Shown here: in pieces, positions 8,938 to 19,162 of the stretch
Position numbering within the stretch: the stretch's first letter is position 1
How the letters are laid out: every line of letters starts with the position of its first letter
NCBI GenBank assembly: GCA_964576385.1
Contig: CAZNUS010000002.1
Span: forward strand, 7,844 to 71,843
Origin: an uncultured Methanosarcinales archaeon
GTDB lineage: Archaea > Nanobdellota > Nanobdellia > Woesearchaeales > GW2011-AR9
Length of the DNA stretch: 64,000 nucleotides
Direction: 5' to 3'
Translations under genes and position numbers: made by a program
The notes under the pieces: model-generated
Databases searched by the model: none
The model's input: the letters and a program-made list of their open reading frames with translations, nothing else
Told to the model about the DNA's origin: nothing

Positions 8938-9579
8938 CTATTCAAATTTTAGGAAAGCTATTGATTTATTTAAATCTTTAGAATCAACTATAAAAATTGT
9001 GTCTGTCCAACATGATAAAAATTCGTAGATATTAACTCCATTTTCCGCAAACAGAGATGTGAGGAATGATACCACTCCGGGAATTGTTTCAATATCTTTA
9101 GATGATTTAATATTGATTAGCACCATGTTTTTATTTAGTTTTATCATCTCGCTTTTTGTACTTTTTTCAATTAGCTGAACATATTTTTCTTGGGTAATTA
9201 TTGTATAGTTATCCGATCCTTCTAGGATATACGAACAGCCAGATTCTTTTTTTATTTTACTTTGTATATCCTCAAGTAAATCAAAATTAATACTTTTCTT
9301 CAGAATAAATACTACTATCTTGTTCTTAATTTCTATTTCCGAATTAGAAAGTAATCTTGATATTTCTTTTTCTTGGCCAAATTCTTTCCTTAAACTATCT
9401 TGTTTTCTTCTAGCGGCTATTAATATTGCTTCTTTTGAGCTTTTTTTTCCGATATCCAATTCTTTTGCTATATATCTGGCTAATGCTGAATAGTTTATTA
9501 GCCCTTTCTTTAGACAATGCTTGATGTGTGGGTGTTCATTAATGTAATCATTTGTGATTTCAGTTGTATTTTTCTCCAT
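8938..9579 (-). CDS. ACT-domain protein, putative amino-acid-responsive regulator (N-terminal HTH-like)
   Basis: 213 aa. The C-terminal ACT-like pattern is MVLINIKSSKDIETIPGVVSFLTSLFAENGVNIYEFLS...TIFIVD. It lies upstream of argG. Confidence 0.5.
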   Translation of the reverse strand: MEKNTTEITNDYINEHPHIKHCLKKGLINYSALARYIAKELDIGKKSSKEAILIAARRKQDSLRKEFGQEKEISRLLSNSEIEIKNKIVVFILKKSINFDLLEDIQSKIKKESGCSYILEGSDNYTIITQEKYVQLIEKSTKSEMIKLNKNMVLINIKSSKDIETIPGVVSFLTSLFAENGVNIYEFLSCWTDTIFIVDSKDLNKSIAFLKFE

Positions 9580-9709
9580 AATTAAGTTGATTATATTTAA
9601 ATTATATAAATTTTACTATTTTGTTCTATTTAGAACATTATTGTTAAATTTTGTTTTATATTAATCATTAAATATAAATGCTTCTTTTGAATACTTAATT
9701 CTGATTAAA

Positions 9710-10933
9710 ATGAAGAACAAAGTGATACTAGCATATTCGGGGGGGCTTGACACTTCTGTAATACTCAAATGGTTGATATACAAGGGATATGAAGTTATTT
9801 GTTATATTGCGGATGTTGGTCAAGATGAAGATTTTGATAAGGCTAAATCCAAGGCTCTATCTATTGGAGCAAGTAAAGTATACATTGAGGATTTAAAGGA
9901 AGATTTTGTTAAAAATTACATCTTCCAGGCATTGAAAGCTAATGCTATTTATGAAGGCAAGTATCTTCTTGGAACTTCGTTAGCAAGACCATTGATAGCA
10001 AAAAAACACATAGAAATTGCGAAGAAAGAAGGAACAAATATAGTTGCGCATGGGGCTACAGGTAAAGGAAATGATCAAGTAAGGTTTGAATTAGCTTTTA
10101 TGAAGCTAATGCCTGATGTAAAGATTATTAGTCCATGGAAAGACAAGGAATTTTTAACTCAATTTGATGGAAGAACTGATTTGATTAATTACGCCAAAGA
10201 AAATGGGATTCCAATAAATTCAACTCTTCAAAAACCTTATAGTATGGATGATAACCTGATGCATATAAGTTATGAAGCTGGATTACTAGAAGATCCAAAA
10301 TATGAAGCTAAAGAAGAGATGTACAAGAAGACAGTATCACCAAAAAATGCGCCAGATAAAGAGATTAAGATCATCATTGATTTCAAAAAAGGTACTCCTA
10401 TTAAGGTCACTAACCTTACTGAAGATAAGGTGGTTGAAGGAGCCTTGCAATTATTTCAATATTTAAATGAATTAGGTTCTAAGAATGGTATAGGGAGAAT
10501 AGATCTTGTTGAGAACCGTTTTGTTGGTATAAAATCACGAGGGGTATATGAAACTCCTGCAGGAACCATTTTGCTAAAAGCGCATCTTGATCTAGAAGGT
10601 ATTACATTAGACAAAGAAGTGTGCCATTTAAAAGATATGCTCATGCCAAAAATTGCCGAATTAATCTATAACGGATTTTGGTTTAGTCCTGAATTTGAAT
10701 TTTTAATGGCTGCAATAGAAAAAAGCCAAGAAAATATTGAGGGGAAAGTCTATTTGACTCTTTATAAAGGAAACATTTTTGTCACAGGGCGTGAATCTGT
10801 GAAGTCTTTGTACGATGAAAATATTGCAAGTATGGATAAATCAGGAGGATATGATCAAACAGATGCGATAGGCTTCATTAAAATAAATGCATTAAGACTA
10901 AAATTAGGTGCTCACAATGAAAACTTGGGATAA
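9710..10933 (+). CDS. argG: Argininosuccinate synthase
   Basis: The [11 protein letters not shown]-loop is present, the protein is colinear with ArgG, and it is 407 aa. Confidence 0.95.
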   Translation: MKNKVILAYSGGLDTSVILKWLIYKGYEVICYIADVGQDEDFDKAKSKALSIGASKVYIEDLKEDFVKNYIFQALKANAIYEGKYLLGTSLARPLIAKKHIEIAKKEGTNIVAHGATGKGNDQVRFELAFMKLMPDVKIISPWKDKEFLTQFDGRTDLINYAKENGIPINSTLQKPYSMDDNLMHISYEAGLLEDPKYEAKEEMYKKTVSPKNAPDKEIKIIIDFKKGTPIKVTNLTEDKVVEGALQLFQYLNELGSKNGIGRIDLVENRFVGIKSRGVYETPAGTILLKAHLDLEGITLDKEVCHLKDMLMPKIAELIYNGFWFSPEFEFLMAAIEKSQENIEGKVYLTLYKGNIFVTGRESVKSLYDENIASMDKSGGYDQTDAIGFIKINALRLKLGAHNENLG

Positions 10934-12098
10934 AGGAATCAATCAGAAAAAGGAAATTGAACAGTTCACAGTAGGAAATGACTATATCTTAGATAAGAAA
11001 CTAGTAAAATTTGATTGTTTAGCTTCAATAGCTCATGCTAATATGCTGAACAGTATTGGTTTACTTTCGGATGATGAGCTTAAACATTTAGTCGATGGAT
11101 TGAACGAGATAATCGAGCTTGATTCAAAAAATCAGTTTGAAATTAAACAAGACGATGAAGATTGTCACACTGCAATTGAAAACTATCTTTTAATGAAACA
11201 TGGCGAAGTAGGGAAAAAAATACATACCGGAAGGTCAAGAAACGATCAAGTTTTAACAGCCTTACGCTTGTACGAGAAAGATGAGCTGAGTGCGATAAAG
11301 AATTTTATTAAAATATTTATAACCTCGATAGATTCTACTATAACAAAGAGTGGTTCCATAAAATTACCTGGATATACCCATATGCAAAAAGCAATGCCCA
11401 CTAATATAGAAACATGGCTGGGAAGTTTCAAAGAGTCAATGCAAGATAATCTAAAGATGGTTGATGCTATCCAAGAATTGATAAATCAGAATCCTCTCGG
11501 TAGCGCTGCAGGATTTGGTGTACCCGTGTTTGAAATTGATAAAGAGAAGACCGCAAAAGAATTAGATTTTTCAAAAGTAATGAAAAATACCTTGTATTGT
11601 CAGTTAAGCAGAGGTAAATTTGAGGCTCAAATACTGAATGTTATCTCAGTGATTATGTTTGATTTAAACAAATTGGCAACTGATCTTATGCTTTTTAATA
11701 TGCAAGAGTTTGGTTATATCGAATTACCTTCTGAATTTTGTACCGGAAGCTCTATTATGCCTCAAAAGAAGAATCCAGATGTTCTTGAATTGATTCGTGC
11801 AAAATACCACGTTATTCTTGGGGAAGAGTTCAAAGTAAAAAGCATGATTGGAAATCTTATTTCAGGGTACAACAGGGATATTCAACTGACCAAAGAACCA
11901 TTAATTAATTCTTTTGATAGCTTGAAGGAAAATCTCTCAATAATGTCTTTAGTTATAGTTGAGATGAAAATACACAAAGACAACTGTGAAAAAGCAATGA
12001 CCAAAGAGTTATATGCTACTGAGGAAACCTACAGATTAGTAAACCAGGGTCTTCCATTTAGAGATGCATACAAAGACATAGGAAGAAAGTATCAATAA
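10908..12098 (+). CDS. argH: Argininosuccinate lyase
   Basis: The fumarase/lyase signature GRSRNDQV and the SIAHANML region are present. It overlaps the argG 3' end. The true start may be the ATG at 10917. Confidence 0.9.
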   Translation: MLTMKTWDKGINQKKEIEQFTVGNDYILDKKLVKFDCLASIAHANMLNSIGLLSDDELKHLVDGLNEIIELDSKNQFEIKQDDEDCHTAIENYLLMKHGEVGKKIHTGRSRNDQVLTALRLYEKDELSAIKNFIKIFITSIDSTITKSGSIKLPGYTHMQKAMPTNIETWLGSFKESMQDNLKMVDAIQELINQNPLGSAAGFGVPVFEIDKEKTAKELDFSKVMKNTLYCQLSRGKFEAQILNVISVIMFDLNKLATDLMLFNMQEFGYIELPSEFCTGSSIMPQKKNPDVLELIRAKYHVILGEEFKVKSMIGNLISGYNRDIQLTKEPLINSFDSLKENLSIMSLVIVEMKIHKDNCEKAMTKELYATEETYRLVNQGLPFRDAYKDIGRKYQ

Positions 12099-12169
12099 AG
12101 TATTTTTATCAATCCTTGATTGATTTTCTTGCTAAAAATTTTAAAAGTAAGACCATTTAAGAATAGTTT

Positions 12170-13438
12170 ATGGCTAAAATCAACAATTTAAATAACCACT
12201 TAACTAAAACTATTTTTCCTGAACTTCTTGCTCCGGTTGGCAATAAAAGCATGTTGGTTGCAGCGGTCAAAGCTGGAGCTGACGCTATTTATTTTGGGAT
12301 CAAAGGATTAAATATGCGTGCCGCTTCAGGTAATTTCTCTCTCGATGATCTATCCGATATCGTGAAATATTGCCATAAAAATAAGGTAAAAGCTTATTGT
12401 ACCTTAAATGTCATTGTTTTTGAATCAGAGTTAAAGCGATTGAAAGAAGCACTTATCGAATTAAAGAAGGCAAAGATAGATGCGGTCATCTGCTGGGATC
12501 TAGCAGTTATTAAAATATGCAAGGAGCTAGGTATAACCGTACATCTTAGTACCCAAGCTTCTGTCTCTAATTCTGAATCTGCGAAATTTTGGAAAGAATT
12601 GGGAGTAAAAAGGATCGTTCTAGCCCGAGAATGTTCTTTAGAAGACATTAAAGAGATAAAAGAAAAAGCTGATATAGAAATCGAATGCTTTGTTCATGGG
12701 GCCAGGTGTATTTCTCTTTCTGGACGCTGTTTTATGAGTCACGAATTATTTAATAAATCAGCAAATAGGGGGGAATGTTTACAGCCCTGCCGTAGGGAGT
12801 GGAAAGTAACTGATGAAGAAGGTAAAGAGATGATCATGAATCATAATTTTATTATGAGCGCTAAAGATCTGTGCGCTTTACCGCTTCTCCCAAAATTAAT
12901 TGATCTGAAGATTAACTCACTTAAAATTGAAGGCAGAAATAGAGGGGCAGAATATGTCCATAAGGTAGTCTCTGGTTATAGAAAAGCTTTAGATGCTGTT
13001 AAAAATAAAATTTTTAGTGAAAAATTAGCAGCAGAACTTGTTGAGGAATTAAATAAAACCTATAATAAAGGATTTTCTCAGGGATTTTTTGTTGATTATC
13101 CTTACCATCAGCGCTGTGATGTTTACGGCAGTAAAGCTGCTGAAGAAAAGATACAAGTAGGGAAAGTAAAGAATTTCTATAAGAGAAATAAAGTCGTAGA
13201 GTTTAGGATTGACAGCGGGGATTTTTCTAGAGGTGATAAATTAGCTTTTATCGGAGATACTACTGGTTATATTGAACAGATAGTTACAGATATCCATAGT
13301 GATTCTGGAAAAATAAGCACTGCAAAAAAAGGAGAAATAGTTACCCTTAAAATAACCAATATTGTACGTGAAAACGACAAAGTTTTTCTTATTAAGAATA
13401 GGAATTTTAAAAAAGAAGCTTCACACAAAAATAATTAA
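12170..13438 (+). CDS. Peptidase U32 family protein
   Basis: The U32 signature E-x-F-x-HGA-x-C-x4-SGRC is present as ECFVHGARCISLSGRC. The fold is TIM-barrel-like. Confidence 0.85.
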   Translation: MAKINNLNNHLTKTIFPELLAPVGNKSMLVAAVKAGADAIYFGIKGLNMRAASGNFSLDDLSDIVKYCHKNKVKAYCTLNVIVFESELKRLKEALIELKKAKIDAVICWDLAVIKICKELGITVHLSTQASVSNSESAKFWKELGVKRIVLARECSLEDIKEIKEKADIEIECFVHGARCISLSGRCFMSHELFNKSANRGECLQPCRREWKVTDEEGKEMIMNHNFIMSAKDLCALPLLPKLIDLKINSLKIEGRNRGAEYVHKVVSGYRKALDAVKNKIFSEKLAAELVEELNKTYNKGFSQGFFVDYPYHQRCDVYGSKAAEEKIQVGKVKNFYKRNKVVEFRIDSGDFSRGDKLAFIGDTTGYIEQIVTDIHSDSGKISTAKKGEIVTLKITNIVRENDKVFLIKNRNFKKEASHKNN

Positions 13439-13468
13439 TCGCACTTCACCAACACCATATTCCTTTAT

Positions 13469-13568
13469 ATTTATAGCGGTGGAAGTAAATAATTATATGT
13501 TTATTCACTGCTATATCCAGAGGAAATTACTCTTTAGCTATACGAATATTAATTTCCTTTCGTATAAT
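13469..13568. repeat. Intergenic repeat family 2, copy A
   Basis: About 100 nt, roughly 80% identical to 25444-25541. The shared blocks are atttatagcgg.ggaag.aaata, gctatat.cagag.aaattactc and atattaatttcct.tcgtataa. Confidence 0.6.
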
Positions 13569-13620
13569 AATCAATATATATTTCCCAATCAATATATATT
13601 TACCTACTCCTAAATATTCT

Positions 13621-14907
13621 CTATTCATAAATATCCCTATCAATACGTCGACCAAGCGCGTTAGCATAAGCTTCCCAATGATTTAGCTTTTGCTGTAAGT
13701 TTTCTTGCCTCATCTGAATATCAAATTCAGTAGGAGCTTTTATCTCAAGATATGCTGAAAGCGCTTTCCTTTTTTGTTCCATAGATTGGATAAATCTCTT
13801 TCTTTTTTGTTGATCAAGAGAGAGTTCAACTAGTTGCTGGAGAACTCGACTCTCATCTGAATACTGATTACCATCAGAATATTTTTGTCGTAATGCTAAT
13901 AGACCTTCATAACCTAGAGCATGCTGTTCTAACGAAGAAGGTGAACCAGAAGTTTCGTAATGTTCTTGAATAAGAGCTATTTCGTCTGGTATGATGTGGT
14001 CTGCTAGAAATCTTCCTGATGGGTTACTTTTTCCTAATTGTAGGGCAACCGACATTGCAAAAGAATCTGCAAAACCTTCTCGTAGCCAAGGGTCAAGCGT
14101 TTGAACATCTACTCCTCTAGTTTTTAAGGCAAAATCTTGGACGTAGTGCCCGTATTCATGAAAATAAGTGTGAACAGCATGAGCCCCATAGCGTAGTAAA
14201 GTATCGCGATCAAATAATATCATTCCATTAATATACCCACCAGCTGCTTTTAAGTCTTTTAATACGGTTGAAACCTTTTCATCTAGTGGTAGTTCAAGTG
14301 TTGAAATTTCAGTTTGACAACCTTGCTGAAATAATGGCCTGCTGATATTTGATAATAACTGTTCATAAAAGCGGTCGAAAAAAGGTTCTTGAACGTAATA
14401 ACCTCCAGTTATTCCATCTAACCAAGGTCGAATCTCTCGCTCTACGAACTGATCTAACAGGAGCTTCACTTCTTTTTCATAACTATCATTTAAGAAAGCT
14501 GTAGATATATCTGGTAAAGAGATCGGTGGCGCTGGTAAAAAGAATACAGGGCCTTCATAGAAATGATGTCTATGTCGAATTTGCTGTATTGTTTGTGGAA
14601 TTAATATTGGTTTACAATCAACGGGTTTATCTTCTGTTAAACAGGCCTCAAATCTTTTGAAAGCAGGATCTTCTTCAACATCATCCATTCTTTTTTCTAG
14701 TTCTTTTCTACTCTGTTTTTCTCTAGTTTCCAATTGAATCTTAGCGGTATCCCAAGAAAATGGGGATTGGTGTGGTATTGGACTAGGTAAAGGAGCTTCC
14801 AGTCTACAATAATCTTCCAAAAATCTCAGTGGTTGAGCTACTATATTCGATGTAAGTAATAACCCTATACCCAGAGTAAGAGCTCTAACTGAATTTATCA
14901 GCGTCAT
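13621..14907 (-). CDS. Secreted HExxH zinc-metallopeptidase-like protein (hypothetical)
   Basis: 428 aa. N-terminal signal peptide. A zincin HExxH motif sits in YFHEYGHYVQD. Confidence 0.45.
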   Translation of the reverse strand: MTLINSVRALTLGIGLLLTSNIVAQPLRFLEDYCRLEAPLPSPIPHQSPFSWDTAKIQLETREKQSRKELEKRMDDVEEDPAFKRFEACLTEDKPVDCKPILIPQTIQQIRHRHHFYEGPVFFLPAPPISLPDISTAFLNDSYEKEVKLLLDQFVEREIRPWLDGITGGYYVQEPFFDRFYEQLLSNISRPLFQQGCQTEISTLELPLDEKVSTVLKDLKAAGGYINGMILFDRDTLLRYGAHAVHTYFHEYGHYVQDFALKTRGVDVQTLDPWLREGFADSFAMSVALQLGKSNPSGRFLADHIIPDEIALIQEHYETSGSPSSLEQHALGYEGLLALRQKYSDGNQYSDESRVLQQLVELSLDQQKRKRFIQSMEQKRKALSAYLEIKAPTEFDIQMRQENLQQKLNHWEAYANALGRRIDRDIYE

Positions 14908-15034
14908 TTTATTTTGTTACTCCTAATCAGTTATAAATCTTTTGGTTAAAACTGAAGGGATTTATCTCAACAAGCAAAAAACGCATATTTTCTTACTCAT
15001 TTTTATTAACTAGGCCTTCCTAATGCCTAAATAA

Positions 15035-15436
15035 ATGTTGGACCAATTATTTGATGACTTTGTTCGTAGTAGGAGATTAGAACTAATAGAAACATCTGAT
15101 AACCTTCAGGCAGCTGGTTTTAGGTTAAGTGCATTTTATGAAAAGAATATTTCTCCAGAAGTCATGAGGATAGAAAAGAAGGTAAATGAAAGTTGTTGTT
15201 ATGTGATTGGTTCAAATTCAGCATATCGCCTGACTATTAGTATTACTTATGCCTGTCTTGGAGACTATTTAACTTTGCTTTTACATGATGATCATTTTTT
15301 TACAAATATGGGTGTAAGAAAACAATTTGAGGGGTATCTCGGAAAACTAATTGCTCCAACCACGATGGTCAGATGTGAATTTGATTGTGATGAAGAAGGA
15401 ATTCAAGCAGTACTTGATTGCTTTTATCCTTGTTAA
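15035..15436 (+). CDS. hypothetical protein
   Basis: 133 aa ORF, Cys-rich C-terminus. Confidence 0.35.
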   Translation: MLDQLFDDFVRSRRLELIETSDNLQAAGFRLSAFYEKNISPEVMRIEKKVNESCCYVIGSNSAYRLTISITYACLGDYLTLLLHDDHFFTNMGVRKQFEGYLGKLIAPTTMVRCEFDCDEEGIQAVLDCFYPC

Positions 15437-15538
15437 ACTATAGATAATTCTGTAGGATATATAACAAATTGCACAGAATTATCTAATAAGACAATTCCAA
15501 AAGAGTCATATAAACCAGGGGATTGTCTATATTTAAAA

Positions 15539-15829
15539 TTATAATTCATAAAAATCTTGTTTAGCATAATCTCTGGTGAGTCTTTCTCCATCAGAAATAT
15601 ATGTTATTCCGATAGTTTCTACAGAATCTCTACCAATTAACTTTAATCCTACAATAGAAACGGGATGGCCGTCTATTTCTGAAATCAATCTGCATTTCTC
15701 AGTTGCGTTTGCTAGTTCCTTAGTCACTTCTAGAGCTAGTCTTAATGTTTCTTCAGATTGTTTTAATGGATCGGAAATAGTTCTACCTTGAACATTAATT
15801 ACCAGTGATTCTAATTGTTGAGTTTTCAT
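15539..15829 (-). CDS. hypothetical protein
   Basis: 96 aa ORF. Confidence 0.35.
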   Translation of the reverse strand: MKTQQLESLVINVQGRTISDPLKQSEETLRLALEVTKELANATEKCRLISEIDGHPVSIVGLKLIGRDSVETIGITYISDGERLTRDYAKQDFYEL

Positions 15830-15842
15830 AATCTAATTATAC

Positions 15843-16784
15843 TTAAGGAGTACCGATTCCACCAGTTCCTGTAAGTGTAGGTGGTTGGATTATTCTTTCT
15901 AACCTATTATCTGCTTCTGTTTCTATTGATTCAACTAAACCTTCAAAAATAGATCTATATGTGCTTGCAACCAGTTCATGATTTGCCGGCAATTGTTCAT
16001 TAGCTTTTCCTCTATAAACTATCACTGTTTCTACTTCATCCCAGGCAAGCATACTTCCATTGCCCTTAAAACCAACACCGGTAATTGAATCACAATAAAT
16101 TCCTCGATTCTCACAATCAGGAACTTTATCTGTTTTTGCAGTTAATTCAACTGAGTCAAGAGAGTAACTGCCATCACCAGTTGAAAATAAAAAAGATTTT
16201 TGTCCCCAACTGTATACTCCTCTTGCATTTGTTGCTTCTCCTGACAAATTTAAATGATACCTTGCTCCGGTAGCTATACCTTGTTCTCCATCGTTAGGAA
16301 CATCGGGTACTGCTGGCTGTTCTACTGACACTATGGATAGATAATGTCCATTCAGAACACTTTCTAATAATGGGTGGATACTTTCTTCTGGATCGGGAAA
16401 TGGACCATTCCCTTGAGGATTAGAAGGGCTTACTCTGTTAGCTAGACAACTAGCCAAATTATCTTGTAAAGCTTCTTCTCTTTGTGAACAATCAGTGACA
16501 TCAGCATCCATATCCCATATTCTTAAATTCAATCTTCTGCTTTCTGCCAGTTCAGCTTGAGTTTTAGATAAGTTCTCTTTTTTACCTTTCAGTTCTCTTT
16601 GGCAATCTCCTTCTAATTGACTAACCCGACCAAGGTCATCTGAAAAAGGGAAATATACCGCAGCCGCACCAACACCAGCACCAACAGCCAATGCTGCCAA
16701 AGTAGTTAAGGTATAAGTAAGTTTAGACATGTTTATCTCCTTATTTTTTATATTGATTCCTGAAAAATGGGACGTATAACCCAC
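15843..16784 (-). CDS. Membrane-anchored hypothetical protein
   Basis: 313 aa. N-terminal Ala/Gly-rich TM helix, a coiled-coil-like region, then a C-terminal globular domain. Confidence 0.45.
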   Translation of the reverse strand: MGYTSHFSGINIKNKEINMSKLTYTLTTLAALAVGAGVGAAAVYFPFSDDLGRVSQLEGDCQRELKGKKENLSKTQAELAESRRLNLRIWDMDADVTDCSQREEALQDNLASCLANRVSPSNPQGNGPFPDPEESIHPLLESVLNGHYLSIVSVEQPAVPDVPNDGEQGIATGARYHLNLSGEATNARGVYSWGQKSFLFSTGDGSYSLDSVELTAKTDKVPDCENRGIYCDSITGVGFKGNGSMLAWDEVETVIVYRGKANEQLPANHELVASTYRSIFEGLVESIETEADNRLERIIQPPTLTGTGGIGTP

Positions 16785-16921
16785 TGCTTGCAGCGGATAT
16801 TAGATCCCCATTAAGATCTATTTCTCTTCTCATATGCCTATTATTTATAAATCTTTTGCTACTAAATAGTGGTATTTGCTTTTAGTAAAGTTTTTTATAG
16901 TTCTTATTTTTATGTGTTAGT

Positions 16922-17050
16922 ATGATCATTAATTGTCCAGAATGCGGGAAAAAGTTGCATGAGGGCCAGCATCATTACGCCGATGGTTTTTTTAAGGTTC
17001 AATACTGTAAGGGCTGCGGGTTTCGTAAAGAATCTGCTTTAGAATTATAG
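16922..17050 (+). CDS. Small zinc-ribbon protein (possibly ribosomal S27ae-like)
   Basis: 42 aa by hand translation: MIINCPECGKKLHEGQHHYADGFFKVQYCKGCGFRKESALEL. Two CxxC knuckles. Not in the ORF track because of its size. Confidence 0.4.
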   Translation: MIINCPECGKKLHEGQHHYADGFFKVQYCKGCGFRKESALEL

Positions 17051-17098
17051 TGTGTATAATCCGCATATATACAAAGACTATAATCCTTTAGAAGAATC

Positions 17099-17243
17099 GT
17101 ACGTATTTAGTTAGATGGCCAAGAGGTCAATTCTGCTAAGCTATAGTGACAGGCACAGATGTGAAAATCTTCGGAATCATTACTATTTCTGATAAGAATT
17201 ACTCCAGATTTTCACCAAAATTGACGGCCAACTAAATACGTAC
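17099..17243. mobile_element. MITE-like element, copy 2
   Basis: 145 bp with TIR gtacgtatttagtt/aactaaatacgtac, flanked by the 8-bp direct repeat gaagaatc at 17091-17098 and 17244-17251. The internal core is conserved with copy 1: ggccaagaggtcaatt, gtgacagg and gatgtgaaaatcttcg...attttcaccaaaat. Confidence 0.6.
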
Positions 17244-17264
17244 GAAGAATCTAGTAAATGCATA

Positions 17265-18272
17265 TCATTTTAGCCGTATCTTATTGGTGTTTCCATAAGG
17301 AATCTTCTCGATTAGGCCCTTTAACTCCAAATTTCTTACTTTACGGGAGAGTTTTACTTTAGAAAGACCTGTTTTCAAAGCCAATTGTTTCTGCCATAGT
17401 TCCTGTTGCGGTGCATTAAATAATATTTCAATAATCAGCTTCTCTTCTTCAAATAGGTTTCTAGTTAGCTCTTCTTTGGAACGTAGTAATTCTTCTTTTT
17501 TTTTACTATCTCTGGTTGTAATGATTTCTGCAGAATTTTTATTTTTGTTAAATTTATGAGATAGGTTAAACCCCTGTACATTTAGTTTTTCAAATAGTCT
17601 ACTTTTATTTCTAAAAAATAATAGACTTATACCTAAGGCGATAAACACAATAATAACAGTTAGCTGGAGAAGCAACTTTATTTCTGGGCTATTAGGTTGA
17701 TCATATATTATCATCATAGCTTTATTGCTGATGATATGCTTCTCGTTCCAAGAGATGATTACATTCCTGCCGTTGGTCTGAACCAGATCTGTTTTTGGGA
17801 TGATGGATGGTGTCGGTGATTGCAAACTATGTTTTAATATAGCTCCTTCGGGAAGAATGACATTTACCTGAATTCTCTTAGCATCTAATTCTCCTAGGTC
17901 TAAAATAAAATAGTCATCTCTACTTTCTTCGATTAAGGATTCCGTGATATATTTTAAGGTGAACTGTTTAAACAACTTGTTGCTTTTGAGAACTATCTCA
18001 GTGTAGTCTTTAGAAGGGTTTAATTCAAAATTAACACTATGTACTTCTATTGCTTTGGCGTCAAGTGGCAGGATGAGATGATATTGAGAATGGTATGCTA
18101 AAAAAGAGATATTCTCTTCAACTATAATTTTATCACCAATAATTGTATAGGTCCCTTGATAGCTATCAATTTCTTCCTGACCTGTTTTCGCTGGAGAAGT
18201 ATTTTCTTCCGCTAATGCTATCCCTGACAAGAACAGTAAGATAAGACCTGTGACTTGAAGTAATTTGTTCAT
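17265..18272 (-). CDS. Membrane-tethered winged-helix regulator with large extracytoplasmic domain
   Basis: 335 aa. Signal peptide, a ~190-aa outside domain, one TM helix and a C-terminal wHTH (LSKVKLSRKVRNLELKGLIEKIPYG). Confidence 0.5.
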   Translation of the reverse strand: MNKLLQVTGLILLFLSGIALAEENTSPAKTGQEEIDSYQGTYTIIGDKIIVEENISFLAYHSQYHLILPLDAKAIEVHSVNFELNPSKDYTEIVLKSNKLFKQFTLKYITESLIEESRDDYFILDLGELDAKRIQVNVILPEGAILKHSLQSPTPSIIPKTDLVQTNGRNVIISWNEKHIISNKAMMIIYDQPNSPEIKLLLQLTVIIVFIALGISLLFFRNKSRLFEKLNVQGFNLSHKFNKNKNSAEIITTRDSKKKEELLRSKEELTRNLFEEEKLIIEILFNAPQQELWQKQLALKTGLSKVKLSRKVRNLELKGLIEKIPYGNTNKIRLK

Positions 18273-18380
18273 ATGTTTAAAAAATAAGAGTAGTTTAAAG
18301 ATTTTTAGGTATTAACTGTCAGGAGAGATTATTTTTAAATCATTTTGCCCAATCCCGCCAACATAAATTCCCCAGAAACA

Positions 18381-19010
18381 TCAGATCTCCAGAATAACAT
18401 CTTTCTTCTCAAATCTCACTTTTGGCCTTTGAGCATAACTATCATCAGCAGAACGATAGCCTAAAGCGCAGGCAACTACGGTTATTAAACCTTCTTTTTG
18501 TAAGTTAAGAATCTTATCAAAGGATTCTTTTTCTATACCTTCCATAGGACAAGCGTCAATTCTTTTTACTGCTGCGGCCATCATCAGCATGCCTAACGCG
18601 ATATAGGTCTGTCTCTGCGCCCATTCTGACAAGGTTTTCTGATCTTTTCTTTGCATAGACTCCAAAATTCTTTTCTTATAACCCTCCAATGACTCTAAAC
18701 TTACATCCCTGATCTTTACAATATTCCTGATATGTTTTTCAGCTAGTTCTGCATTCACTTTTTGTGGTACAGAGAAAACAACAAAATGAGAAGCATCAGT
18801 AACCTGATCTTGGTTGTGCGATACTTTTTTTAACTCTTGCCTTAACTCTTTACTTTTAACGACTAGAAACTTCCATGGCTGTAACCCATACGAAGAAGGA
18901 GATAAGCGTAACACTTCTTCTAACTCCTTCCAATCTTTGCCAGGGATCTTTTTAGCAGGATCAAATTTTTTAGTAGCATACCGCCATTGGAGATCATCAA
19001 CAATTGTCAT
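18381..19010 (-). CDS. Nitroreductase family protein
   Basis: Nitroreductase-like motifs are present: RYATKKFDP and the C-terminal LGYRS. Confidence 0.8.
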   Translation of the reverse strand: MTIVDDLQWRYATKKFDPAKKIPGKDWKELEEVLRLSPSSYGLQPWKFLVVKSKELRQELKKVSHNQDQVTDASHFVVFSVPQKVNAELAEKHIRNIVKIRDVSLESLEGYKKRILESMQRKDQKTLSEWAQRQTYIALGMLMMAAAVKRIDACPMEGIEKESFDKILNLQKEGLITVVACALGYRSADDSYAQRPKVRFEKKDVILEI

Positions 19011-19162
19011 AAGTCTTAATAAAAATAAAGTAATTTAAATTGTTTTCCTTTTGCGGTAATACTTTAACTTACCAGTACATAGTTAAACCAAATTAACCCC
19101 TAACCTTGACGACGACTTTGCTTTACTAAGCTGTAGTATTACCTTTCGTTATGTTCTTACCA

